Shown in pieces: positions 34,454 to 46,810 of a DNA stretch of 64,000 nucleotides. Every line of letters starts with the position of its first letter. Position 1 is the stretch's first letter. A program made the position numbers and the translations under genes. The stretch is from the NCBI RefSeq assembly GCF_009914755.1, contig NC_060927.1, one strand, 5' to 3'. The notes under the pieces were generated by a model. That model made no database searches and had not been told where the DNA came from. It saw only the letters and a list, made by a program, of their open reading frames with translations. The stretch comes from the human T2T-CHM13v2.0 reference genome, Homo sapiens.

Positions 34454-36787
34454 TAATATGGTTTGGCTGTGTCCCCACCCAAATGTATTCTTGAATTGTA
34501 GTTCCCATAATCCCCATGTGTCATGGGAGGGACGGGGTGGGGGTAATTGAATTATGGAGGTGGTTACCTCCATGCTGTTCTCATCATAGTGAGTGAGTTC
34601 TCATGAGATCTGATGGTTTTATAAAGGGGTTTCACTTCCTTTGCTCTGTACTTCTTCCTGCTGCCATGTGAAGAAGGACATGTTTGCTTCCCCTTCTGCC
34701 ATGATTGTAAGTTTTCTGAGGCCACCCCAGCCCTGTAGAACTGTGAACCAATTAAACCTCTTTCCTTCATAAATTACCTAGTCTCAGGTATGTCCTTATA
34801 GCAGCATGAGAATAGACTAATACAGTAAATTGGTGCCAGGAGTGTGGTGCTGCTGTGAATATACCCAAAAATGTGGAAGCAGTTTTGGAACTGGGTAACA
34901 GGCAGAGGTTGGAACAGTTTGGAGGGCTCAGAAGAAGATAGGAAAATGTGGGAAAGTTTGGAACTTCTTAGAGACTCGGAGGGCTCAGAAGACAGAAATC
35001 TGTGTGGAAGTTTGGAAGTTCCAAACTGCCTAGAGACTTTGGCTTTGCCCCAAATGCTGACAGTGATATGCACAATAAAGTCCAGGCTGACATGGCCTCA
35101 GATAGAGATGAGGAACTTGTTGGGAACTGGAGCAAAGGTGACCCTTGTTATGCTTTAGCAAAGAGACTGGTGGCATTTTGCCCCTGCCCTAGAGACCTGT
35201 GGAGTTTTGATCTTGAGAGAAATAAGTAGGGTATCTGGTGGCAGAAATTTCTAAGCAGCAAAGTGTTCAAGAGGTGACAGAGCATAAAAGTTTGGAAAAA
35301 TTTGCAGCCTGACAATATGGTAGAAAAGAAAAACTCATTTTTGAAGAGAAATTCAAGCTGCTGTAGAAATTTGCATAAGTAATGAGGAGCCAAATGCTAG
35401 TCACCAAGACAATGGGGAAATGTCACCAGGGCATGTCAAGGACCTTCATGGCAGCCCCTCCCATCACAGGCCCAGAGGCCTAGGAGAAGAAAATTGTTTC
35501 GTGGGCCATGGCCAGGGTCCCCTTGCTGTGTGCAGCCTAGGGACTTTGTGCCTTGTGTCCCAGCTGCTCCAGGTGTGGCTAAATGGGGCCAAGGTACAGC
35601 TCGGGCCACAGCTTCAGTGTGCAAGCCCAAACCTTGGCAGCTTCCACATGGTGTTGGTCCTGAGGGTGCACAGAACACAAGAATTGAGGTTTGGGACCCT
35701 CTGCCTAGATTTCAGAGGACATATGGAAACACCTGGATGTCCAGACAGAGGTGTGCTGCAGGGGCAGAGCCCTCATGGAGAACTTCTTCTAGGGCAGTAC
35801 AGAAGGGAAATGTGGGGTTAGAACCCCCACAGAGTCCCCACTTGGGCACTTCCTAGTAGAGCTATGAGAAGAGGGCCCCATCCTCCAGACCCCAAAATGG
35901 CAGATCCACTAACAGCTTGCACTGTGCATCTGGAAAAGCCACAGTCATTCAACACCAGCTATGAAAGCACCTAGGATGGGGACTGTACTCTGCAAAGCTA
36001 TGGGATGGAGCTGCCCAAGGTCACGGGAGACTACCTCTTGCATCAGAGTGACTTGGATGTGAGACATGGAGTCAGAAGAGATTATTTCAGAGCTTTAAGA
36101 TTTAATTACTGCCCTATTGGATTTCGGAGTTGCATAGGGGCTGTAGCCTTTTTGTTTTGGCTAATTTCTCACATTTGGAATGGGTGTATTTACCCAACGC
36201 CCATACCCTCACTGTATCTAGGAAGTAACTAGCTTGCTTTTGATTTTACAGACTCATAGGTGGAAGGGACTTGCCTTGTCTCAGATAAGACTTTGGACTT
36301 GGAATTTTGAGTTAATGCTGGAATGAGTTAAGACTTTGCGGGACTGTTGGGAAGGCATCACTGTGTTTTGAAATGTGAGGACATGAGATTTGGGAGGGCC
36401 AGGGGTGGAATGATATGGTTTGGCTGTGTGCTCACCCAAATCTCATCTTTAATTGTAGTTCCCATAATGCCCACATGTCATGGGAGGGACCCAGTGTGGG
36501 GTAATTGAATCATGGAGATGGTTACCTCTTGCCCTTTTCTCGTGATAGTGAGTGAGTTCTCATGAGATCTGATGGTTTTATAAGGGGCTTTACCTGCCTT
36601 TGCTCTGCACTTCTCCTTCCTGCTGCCATGTGTAGAAGGATGTGTTTGCTTCCCCTTCTGCCATGATTGTAAGTTTCCTAAGGCCTCCCCAGCCCTGCAG
36701 AACTGTGAGTCAATTAAACCTGTTTCCTTTAAAAATCACCCAGTCTCAGGTATCACCTTTATAGCAGCATGAGAATGGACTAATACA
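34454..36787 (+). mobile_element. Full-length THE1 (THE1C-like) MaLR: 5' LTR 34454-34824, internal 34825-36410, 3' LTR 36411-36787
   Basis: Two homologous LTRs; internal start GTAAATTGGTGCCAGG; purine tract 36392-36410; perfect 5-bp TSD GAGTC (34449-34453, 36788-36792); frameshifted MaLR ORF remnants (GRGWNSLEGSEEDRKMWESLEL). Confidence 0.96.
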
Positions 36788-36842
36788 GAGTCAAAGGAAC
36801 AATGCAAAATTTCTAACTTAAAAGATGAATTTAGACATGGCT

Positions 36843-37152
36843 CTTTTTTTTTTTTTTGCTTCTTTCCTTCCTTCTTTCTTTTTTCTTTCTTTCCTTTCCT
36901 TTTTTTTTTTTTTTTTCTTGACAGGGTCTTTCTCTGTCACCCAGGCTGGAGTGCAGTGGTGCAATCATAGCTTAATGCAGCCTTGAACTTCTGGGCTCAA
37001 GCCATCTTCCCACCTCAGCCTCCCAAGTAGCTAGGACTACAGGCACAAGCCACTGTGCCTGACTAATTTTTAATTTTTTTTTGTAGGGACAGAGTCTTAA
37101 TACCCTTTCCTTGTCCTCCCAAAGCACTGGCATGAGCCACCATACCCATACC
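36843..37152 (-). mobile_element. Alu, J-type, with deleted left arm and CT-rich tail
   Basis: GACAGGGTCTTTCTCTGTCACCCAGGCTGGAGTGCAGTGG...TTCTGGGCTCAAGCCATC. Confidence 0.88.
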
Positions 37153-37374
37153 CATTCCCTGATTTGCACTTCTATCAGCATTACATGACAATTTGTTGCT
37201 TGGTACTCTTGTCAGCAACATGTGGTATCAAACTTTTCAATGTTAGCTAATTTGGAGGAATAGCTATTCCTCCAAATGATGATTTTTTTTTTCTTTGCTT
37301 CCCGTATTACATTTGAAAACTTTCCCACATCTTTCTTTGGCCATTTGTGTTCCCCCTTCCATGAAATTTCTGTC

Positions 37375-37752
37375 TATCCCAGAGGAATTTCTGCTCATCA
37401 TTATCTATGTGATTCCTCAAACTTCCCAGACTCCCTACTATTAGGTGGGGTCATATGAATTTTTCTGATCAATGAGCTGTGAGAGGAGCTAGAGCATTTA
37501 AGAGTTGGTGTGTGACATCTTAACCCTCTTTTCTCCTGACACAGTGACCATGGAGGCTTATGTTGAGATGATGGAGCTATAAGATTGAAATAGCTTGAAT
37601 TGCTGAATCCAATAAAGGACAGCTGCCCTGAAGAGTCACTTAACCTGCAGTAGACAATGAGTGAGCAAGAAATAAATTTTTGTAGGTTTTAATCCATTGA
37701 GATTTTTAGGTTCATTTGTTGTTCCAACATAGCCGAGACTATTCTGACTAAT
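37375..37752 (+). mobile_element. MLT1I/J-like MaLR LTR
   Basis: TTCCCAGACTCCC...TTAGGTGGGGTCATATGA...GTGAGCAAGAAATAAA...CCATTGAGATTT...CTGACTAATA. Confidence 0.75.
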
Positions 37753-38084
37753 AATTTTGTTCAATTTTCTTTTTATTTTTGGTGATTAATAAGGATTCTT
37801 TATATATTCTGGATACTGATCTTTTTCTGTTTTATATATGAGACAAATATCTCCTTCCAATTTGTGAATTATATTTTATTCTCTTTATGGTGTCGTTTGA
37901 TGAACAGAAGTTCGTCATTTTAATGGAGCCAAATTTATTAATCTTTTACTTTATGAATTGTGATTTTTATATATGTTTAAAGAAATCTTTCCCAAATTTA
38001 AGGTCATTTAGATAGCATATGTGTTTTTTCTAAATGCTTTAAAGTTCTGCCTTTACTTTTAAGTTTTGTTCATTTTAGAAATGA

Positions 38085-38252
<168 letters not shown>

Positions 38253-38914
38253 TAAAGGCCTTTTTATGCCTTTAAAATTTTATAATTTTCTCCATCAAGG
38301 TCTTTTACATCTATTGTGAAATTTCTTTGTATGATTGTGTACATTTTCCTTGCCCTTGAATGTGGTATCTTAATGTTTTTAATATGCAATAATAATAATT
38401 ATGCCAATCTTGTTTCATTTATCCTCTCTTTCTTTTTTTCCTGGAATATTTTAAAGCAAATCCCAGACATTATATTATTGTACATACAAATACTTCAGTA
38501 TTCATGTCTAGATAATAAGGATTTCAAAAAATCCTAACAACCATGTAATTGTCATACCTAACACAATTAGCAGTTCCTTTATATCATCTAATAACAAGTC
38601 AATGTTGAAATTTCCTTGATTGTCTTCAACATGGCTAGTTTGTTTGAATGACGATTGAAACAAAGTCTGCATGTTGCCTTTGGTTGCTTGTCCTCAAAGT
38701 TTTATTCTTATACATCCTCCTATCATGTTTTAATTGATTTATTGAAGCATCCAGGTTATTTGTCCTGTATAGTATATACTACAGTTTGGATTTGACTGTT
38801 TGCTTCCTTGTCGCACCATCTAAGTTCTTCCTCTATGACCCATATTTCCTGTAAACTGGGAGTTAGATCCAGAAGCTCAATTGGATTGGATACAGATTCT
38901 TTATATGTATGTCT

Positions 38915-39247
38915 ACCTCGGGGGCTGCTACTTTTACTAAGCCTGAAGAGGTAAAGGGAGAGAAGTTTGTTACCAAGTAAGAGCTGGAGTGTTGGGAGAT
39001 GGGCCACCTGAAGGGAGCCGTGGTCAAAGGGAAAAGCAGCACAGCACTGAGCTTGCAATGGAGTGAAAGGAATAACACTAATCTCTCCTCCCACCCTCCA
39101 TCCCCTGCCAGTACTTCCCTCTGGCTCAACCCAACTGGGTAGGGACCTATGTGAGGCAGCTGATTGAGGTCAGATGCCTGGGGCACAGAGGAGTCCATGA
39201 AAGGGCAGATAACAGAGCTGAGGGACTGAGGGAGAATCATCAGCACA
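38915..39247 (-). mobile_element. LTR33-like ERVL LTR
   Basis: CTCCTCCCACCCTCCATCCCCTGCCAGTACTTCCC...GAGGTCAG...GGGCACAGAG...CAGCACA end. Confidence 0.65.
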
Positions 39248-39654
39248 GCATTCATTGATGATTATTGTCTTGTTCTATTATTTCATTAAGCAGTGCAAAA
39301 ATAGTGATTATCTAATTCTGTCATTCCTTCTGTTTTCTTTATATAAGAAGTTCTCCTTTTATCCATTATTTGGTTACTCTGAAAATACAATTTATATGAA
39401 AGGGAAGAATAAATGATTAGTTATTAATTAATGTTCAGAGTAATTAGTAGGTGTCTTAGAACTTACAGTGGTGACTTATGAGTTTCTATTAATATCGTTA
39501 TGAATTATGAATTTTTATATATTTGATATGTTTCAACTATTGTGGTTATTATTCTTTTTCATGCTCAAATTGTACCATCTTAGTCCAGTGGGGGCCCTTT
39601 CAAGTTGGCTACTGTGTCCTTTTGAGATGACTTCATTAGTCTTTTACAGCTAGC

Positions 39655-39778
39655 TTGCTTTCTTTTCTTTCTTTCTCTCTCTCTCTCTCTTTCTTTCTTT
39701 CTCTTCCTTTCCCTTCCTTCCTTCCTTCCCTTTCCCTTTCCCTTTCCCTTTCCCTTCCCTTCCCTTTCCTCCTTTTTG
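39655..39778. repeat. Polypyrimidine compound repeat (CTTT/CT/CCTT/CCCTTT)
   Basis: Direct inspection. Confidence 0.93.
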
Positions 39779-40710
39779 ACACAAAAGATGTCCCAAGCTA
39801 ATCTTGTATTATACTTTTCCTGCCCCAAGGTTTAAGGCAGTAATTTCTCTAAAATGCCCTGATTCCTTTTGTGGCAACTGGTATTTAGAAGCCTTAATTC
39901 TGGGTGCTAGGGGTGTTTGCTCATGGCTTTTGGGTTGTCATTGTTTCTAAGTCTTTAATGTGGACAGAACTAGAAAACAGATGTATTTTTGGAAGAGAAA
40001 AAAATTGAGATTTTTTTCTCACCTAAATTTCAGTTTATGGAGTTTAATTTAATTTTGATTGTATGCCTTTTTTCTTACATGAAAACATTGGTTCATAAGG
40101 GCACAATTATTTGCTTTATTCTACAATATAATATTAATAGTTTCAAAATAACAAAACCAGTATTACAATTTGCAGTGAGTCTACTGAATGCAACTTAAGA
40201 TTTTTTTGTGATTCTTTTTGTTTTAAGAATATATCCTACTAGGGAGGAGCACTCAAAATAGAGTACTTTGACTTTAGAGTTAATTGAAGTAAAATTTTTC
40301 TGTGAGTAGTTATGTCAGCAAATTGATATTTAGTTGGATTCATTTCTTTCAGTTAGTTTTCGATTTTGAGGCTTTGTTTCTTTTTGATTTAATTTTGTTT
40401 TTTAATTTATATGGTTCCAAAGTCAAAAGTATATAACCAGATGTATTCACAGAATTCCAGCTTCTGTCCCTATCCCCTCCATGTCCTTCCTATCTCCATC
40501 ATAGGTAATCATTTTTAAAAATTAATTTTAAATTTGCCCTTCGGTTGTTTCTTTTCAAAAATATAAAAGTTAGCAATATAAAAATTTTATTTACCTTTTT
40601 CTCTTTTGCACAATGATATGTTTAGAGTAAGAATAAAATAACAATAAAGTCTGAAAATAGCATATAATAAACCATAAATAATTTTTTGCATATTCCTTTT
40701 ATTGTTTAGC

Positions 40711-40786
40711 TATATATATATGTGTATATATATATGGATATAATATATATGGATATATATGGATATAATATATATATGGATATAAT
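40711..40786. repeat. TA-rich minisatellite (ATATATGGATATA-like units)
   Basis: Direct inspection. Confidence 0.85.
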
Positions 40787-41083
40787 CCCATATCAACATT
40801 TACAGATGATAGCTTATTCTTTTTTTACAACTTATTCCTTTTTAAGGGCTGCATTATACTGTGTTGTGTGGATTTATCATAGTTTATCCAACCAGCTTCC
40901 AATAATGGAATTTGGGTGGTTTCTACTCTTTTGCTATTGAAAATAACACCGCAATCAATAACTTTGTGCCCATGCTATTTACATTTTGTCATTGCATCTT
41001 GGGGCTAGAGTTCTAGAAGTGGCACTGCTGGATTAAATATGTATATGATATTTCGTTAATATTGCTAAATTTATCCCCATGGG

Positions 41084-41086
<3 letters not shown>

Positions 41087-41130
<44 letters not shown>
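41087..41130. repeat. (GT)22 microsatellite
   Basis: Direct inspection. Confidence 0.96.
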
Positions 41131-41132
<2 letters not shown>

Positions 41133-42090
41133 CCACCACTATTATAGGAGACTGCTCATTTTCCCATGGCATTGCCAACAGATCATGTCGTCATGATCTG
41201 GTTTTTTCCCAATCTGATGTGTGAGAAATGGATCGTCACAGTAGTTTTAATTTGCATTTCTCTTATTATAAGCAAGGTTGAACATCTTTTCATTTCTGTG
41301 ACCTGCCTGTTTATGTTTTGTACTTATTTTTCTTCTGAATTATTAGTCTTCTCAACTTTTAGGAGGAGCTGTTTGTATGTTAGAGAATTTGCCCTTTGTC
41401 TGTGATTTGTTACAAATTCTTTTTGTCCAGTTTGATATTTATATTTTCACTGTACTTATGGTGTTTTCTGTTTTTTGTCCTTATTTTTGCTATGCAAGTT
41501 GTTTTTTGTTTTGTTTTATGTGGGCAAATGAAAAGTTTTTCCCACTTCAGATTATAAAGAATTTAACCCATGTTTTGTTCTAGTACTTGTATTATCTTTG
41601 AAAAACTTTTATTATGGAAAATTTCAAGTATATAAATATAGAGAGAATAGTGTAATGGACTTGGTTTATTCATCAACCAGCTTTAACAATTATCATTACA
41701 TGGCCTATCGTGTTTCATCTATACCCCTAACCCTTTTCTTATCCCATATTATTTTGAAGAAAATCTAAGATATTGTATTATCTGTAAATATTTTAGTATA
41801 TAAATGATCTTTTTAAAATTACATTTTATGTTTTTGCTGGTTTATAGAAACGTAATTAATTTTTGTATATTAAGATTTTATCTTGATTAAACCTAGCTTT
41901 AAAAATAATTTGCTTGTAGATTTGAATTTTCTATGTAAAAAATCCTATCATATGCTGATTACTATAGTTTCTCTTCTTGATTTCTAAACTTATATACTTT
42001 ATTAAATTAAAATATTAATGTTTTCATACTTTGCTGACTAGAACCACCATAGAGGATTTTCTTTTTCTAATTTTAAAGACAATGATTCTA

Positions 42091-42420
42091 GATTGGGCAT
42101 GGTGGCTCATGCCTGTAATCCCAGATACCAGTGCTTTGAAAGGCCAAGGCAGGAGTAGAGTATTGCTTGAGGCTATGAGTTCAAGACCAGCCTGGGTAAT
42201 CTAGTGAGACTCCATCTCTAAATTAAAAAAAAAAAAAAAGCTGAGCATAGTAGCATACACCTGTGGTTCTAGCTACTTGGGAAGCTGAGGCAGGAGGATT
42301 GCTTGAGCCCAGGCATTGCAGGCTGAAGTGAGCTATGAGTGAGCCACTGTACTTCAGCCAGGCTGACAAAGTGAGACACTGTCTCAAAAACAAAAACAAA
42401 AAACAAAAACAATAAAACAC
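42091..42420 (+). mobile_element. Alu, J-type (AluJo-like)
   Basis: Dimeric Alu with GGAGGATTGCTTGAGCCCAGG; TSD AGACAATGATTCTA/AGACAGTGACTCTA (42077-42090, 42421-42434). Confidence 0.92.
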
Positions 42421-43547
42421 AGACAGTGACTCTAATATTTTACATGTTATGTGTACTGTAGATTGTTGGTAGACATTGTTTTTCTGCTTAATGAAGTTAC
42501 CTTGCTTTTCTGACTTGCTACTAATTTTTATCATGAATAGGTTTTAAATTTTGTTGAAATATTTGTATCCACTGAGATTATCTTATATTCTTATCTTTTG
42601 TTTATTTTTTATTGTGATTGATTATGTGACTTCTATAACTAAATCAGACTTGCATTCCTGGGATAAACCTAACTTGATTAAGATGAGTTACTTCAAATAA
42701 AATTATAGATCCGGATTCAGTCTGCTAATATTTTAAAAAGTTTATATCCATATTTGTGAGTGATATAGGCCTGCATTTTCCTTTTCTATCAGGGCCTTGT
42801 ATAATTTCAATATCAAGATAATACTACCTCCATAAAGTGAGTTGGGAAATGATCCTTCTTTTTGTATTCACTGTATAAACTTAAAAATGTTGCTCCCTGA
42901 AAATTTAGGACAGTTCACCTATTCAACAATCTGAAACTTGGTGGGTTTTGGTGGAAGATTTTTTAACTATGGTGTTTTAAAAGGTTAACTAGATTATTGA
43001 TATTTTTGGTTTCTTCTTGAGTCAGTTTTATTAAGTTGTGTATTTTTAACGGAATTTGTCCCCTTCATTTAAGTTGTTGCTTATTGGCCTAATACTGTTC
43101 AGGATATCCTGATTTTTAAAAATTTTCTGTGTCTGAATTTGTAACCCCATTTCCATTTATAATATTGTTTATTTGTGCTTCTTTTTTCTTTACCAATCTC
43201 ACCATAAATTGGACTATTTTATTAGTATTTTAAAAAATCAACTTCTCATTTTGTTGTTTAATATTATGTCTCATTTTTAATGAATTACTTTTAATGATTA
43301 TTTTATATTATTAAAATTTTTTCTTCTACTTCATTAATTCATGGATTTTGTATTTATAACTTTTAATTTGGACACTTTGTTCACTAAATTTCAGCTTTTC
43401 TGCTTTTCTATTATAGACCTTAAAAAATGGCTCTGCATTTCATTTATTTTGACTTGTGTTTTAAAATTTGTATTTTATTTTTCTCTAATCTCTGAGCATT
43501 TAGAAGTATATTTTAAATGTTAATAAATACTATTTTAAGTTATTCTT

Positions 43548-43900
43548 TTAATATATTTTAAATGATATTGCATTTTGGTGAGGGAGTATGGAATATATGA
43601 TACGTATTTTTTTGAAATTTATTAATACTTTGTGCCCTGATACTTGATTAATTTTTGTAAATGCTCTATATGTGTTGAAGATAATAGCATTCTTTAATTG
43701 GAGCAAGGTTCTTTCAATGTCCATTAAATTCAGCCTGTTAATTTTGCTATTCAAATCTATATTTCTACTAATTTCGACCTTTTAATTAGTAAGATAAATT
43801 TTAAAAATCTCCTATTAGAATGGTGAATTTATTAATTTCTTCTTGTAATCTTATGTATTTCAAGGCTATTTTATTTGGTACAATAAATTTTTTAATCGTT
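43548..43900 (-). pseudogene. L1 ORF2 endonuclease-domain remnant
   Basis: PNKIALKYI...TILIGDF and LNLMDIERTL...FTKINQVSGHK...ILPHQNAI resemble L1 EN motifs (APNTGAPRFI..IMGDF, LIDIYRTL..SKIDH..SDHSAI); frameshifted. Confidence 0.8.
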
Positions 43901-45064
43901 TTCTCTTTCTGGTCTGAGATATATGTATACACTCTTGTCTCTGTCTCTGTCTGTCTGTCGGTCTCTCTTTTTCTATATGTCAATTTTTTATCCCTAATAA
44001 TGCTTTCTTGCCCTAAGGACTGTGATATGATATAATATGGCTATTCTTCCTTTTGATCAGCACTTGTCTGCCGTATTTCTGTATGCTTTTATTTTCCACT
44101 TTTCCATTTCTGTGCATGTAGGTGTATATCTTGTAAACAACATAGAGCTAAATTTCTGTTTTCCAGTTTGATTTACTGTAATTTTATTGATAATATAGCA
44201 CTTTTTTTATTCTTGTCTTCATTCTGTTTTTAAGTGTATCCTGTTTTTCCCCTAGATTCGATTTTTCTTCTTATTTAAATTTTTTTCTTAATTTTTCCCC
44301 TCTATTAGTTTAGAATTTATATTCCATTTCTTTTTGGTTAGTGATCAGCCTTTAACTATTAACCAAGTTTACAAAGTCTAAATTTAATCAGTATCTTTCT
44401 CATGATTCTGTTCAATGCAATGACCTATACCAGTGTTCTGTCTTTTCTGTCTGGATGTTTTTAAGATGTTCTCTCTATAGTGTCATTTTGTAATTTTACT
44501 TCAGTATTTCTTAACGTATGGGTCATTGTGTTGACTTTGTGTTCTCAGTTTAGAATTTCCTTAATTGTACAGTTAATATAAATTATAAATAAAATTATTC
44601 TTATATCTGGAGCCAAGATTGGGTGAGACAGCTTTTTCTAATGACTTCCTTTGGGGCAGGCAAGTAGATCTTTTTTTCTAGATCATCCTCTCATCGAGAT
44701 TGTGGCCTCTTTGAGGGTCCAATTATTATGTAGGGGTTTGAATTCAGCTTATTTATATTGTTCAGTCTTGTGGCCTAGTCTTTCATTTTGGTGGAGACCA
44801 TTGATTTCCACATCTCTAGGTTCACATGTTGACTTTTACCCCCAGGACTGTCTTGACTACCAAGTTTTCTTAGCACTCTGATTTCAATTCTTTGTTTAAT
44901 CTTATTTTATTTTTGCCCCAGTGATTTCCCTTTATTTTATTGTGAGCTCAATAATGTATTTAAAAACAAGTTTATTGTACTATATTCAGCAGAAGGTATT
45001 TTGCAATGGACCATCTTTTTCCCTTAGAATATTTAAGCCATCATATTGCCAGAAGTGGAAGACT

Positions 45065-45680
45065 CCCATCTTGCAATAGATTCTTAATCAGCCTCTGTTT
45101 CCACTCTTTTTCTTCCTCAATCCATTCTCCATAAAGTAACTGGAATAATATTTTTACAGTATCAATCAAGTCATGTTATACAAGAATAAAATTAAACTCT
45201 TTAACTTGGTACACAAGGCCTATGTGACCTGGCCATGCCTACCTCTTCAAACTCACCTTCCACCTATCCTCCACACCGACTTTCATCATCCACATTGTCT
45301 CTCATTCTCTTCCTTCACAGGCCGATCATATCCTTGCCTTAGATCTTTTATTGATCTGTCTCCTGTGCCTAAAATGTTCTCTTCCAAAATCTTTGTGGCC
45401 TAGTTCCATCTATCATTCATATTTCAACACAAATGTCACTTTTTCAGAGAAGACCTCCTTGACTATTCCATCTGAAGTTGCCCATCCACAATTTCACATC
45501 ACCCTGGTTGTTTTTCACAGTACTTACTGCCATCTGAAATTATCTTATTTATTAGTTTACTTGTTAATTATCTCTCTCTTCCTACTAAGATATTAGCTCC
45601 ATAGAACGGGGAGATGATTTATTAATATGTGACCAGTGCCTAGATAGTTTAAATATTCAATATACATTTATCACATAAAA
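45065..45680 (+). mobile_element. L2a 3' region
   Basis: CAATCCATTCTCCA...ACAAGGCCTATGTGACCTGGCC...AAATGTCACTTTTTCAGAGAAGACCTCCTTGAC...CAGTGCCTAG. Confidence 0.8.
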
Positions 45681-46810
45681 TTCATTAAAATAATATGTAT
45701 TGAATACCTGCTATGAGCCAGACACTGTTCTAGGTGCTGAGGATACATACATGAAATGAACAAATAAAGATTCCTGCCTCGTAGTTCTTACGTTCTAAAG
45801 GGGTGGATAGACATTAAATAATAAGCATACCACATAAATAAATTATAGAGTATGGTGAAAGGTCATATGGCAATGGAAAAAGAAAAGTAAGGTGGAATAG
45901 TGGGGAGGGACAGGTTGCAATTTTGAATAGAATAGATTAGGCCTTATTGAGAAAGTGATACAAAAGCTGGGTGGGTGTCTGGGAAAAGAACATTTCAGAC
46001 AGAGAGAACAGCATGTGCTAAGGTCCTAAGGAGTCCAAGTGGTGGGAATAAAGTGAGAGGGTGAGAGGAGATGAATTTAGGGAGGCAGCTGGAGGCCAAA
46101 GTATAAAGCCTTGTAGGCTATTATAAGGATTTTGGTTTTTCCTCTGAGTGAAGTGGGAGCCACTGGAGAATTTTGAGCTGAAGAACGACACAATCTGACT
46201 TACATTCTAAAAGGATGTCTCTGGCTGCTGTGTTGAGAACAGGCATGGGGCAAGGATAGAAGTAGAGAGACCTATGAAGAGGCAGTTACAATAACCCAGG
46301 TTATTGATTGTTTTGATTAAGTCTAGTAGCAGTAGAGGTGGTGAGAAGTGACTGGATTCCAGAAAGATTTTGAAGATTGAGCCAACAGGATTTGCTAACA
46401 GTACAGACATGGCTTCTGAAAGAAAGAGAGGCATCAGTTATGTTACTAACAACTAGAGGAATGGAGTTGTTACCAGTTGATAGAAAGACCATGGGTGAGA
46501 TAGGTTTGGGGTAAAAGATCAAGAGTTTTGGACCTGTCGAATTTAAACACACAAGTGATAATATTGAGTAGGCAGTTGGAGTTCAGAACAGGGCTCTGGG
46601 GAGGAGGTACAAATTTGGGAGTAGTTAGCATAGAGGCGGTATTTAAAATTCAGGGAGTGAATGTGTGTAGAGAAGAGAAGAAGACCAAGGACTGAGCACT
46701 GGGAGACTCCAATGGGGAGAAGGGGAGGAACAAGCAAAAAGATGGAGAAAAAGCTACCACCAGTGACCTAGGAGAACCAGGGGGCTGGCATCCTGCAGCC
46801 ACATGCACAT
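45681..46810 (-). mobile_element. L2a 3' region (tail-to-tail with the previous L2)
   Basis: TATTGAATACCTGCTATGAGCCAGACACTGTTCTAGGTGCTGAGGATAC...AGAGAAGAAGACCAAGGACTGAGCACTGGG. Confidence 0.88.

Noticed and set aside
34871-36232. THE1 internal ORFs as a functional protein
   Set aside because: Fragmented by frameshifts and stops; standard MaLR remnants
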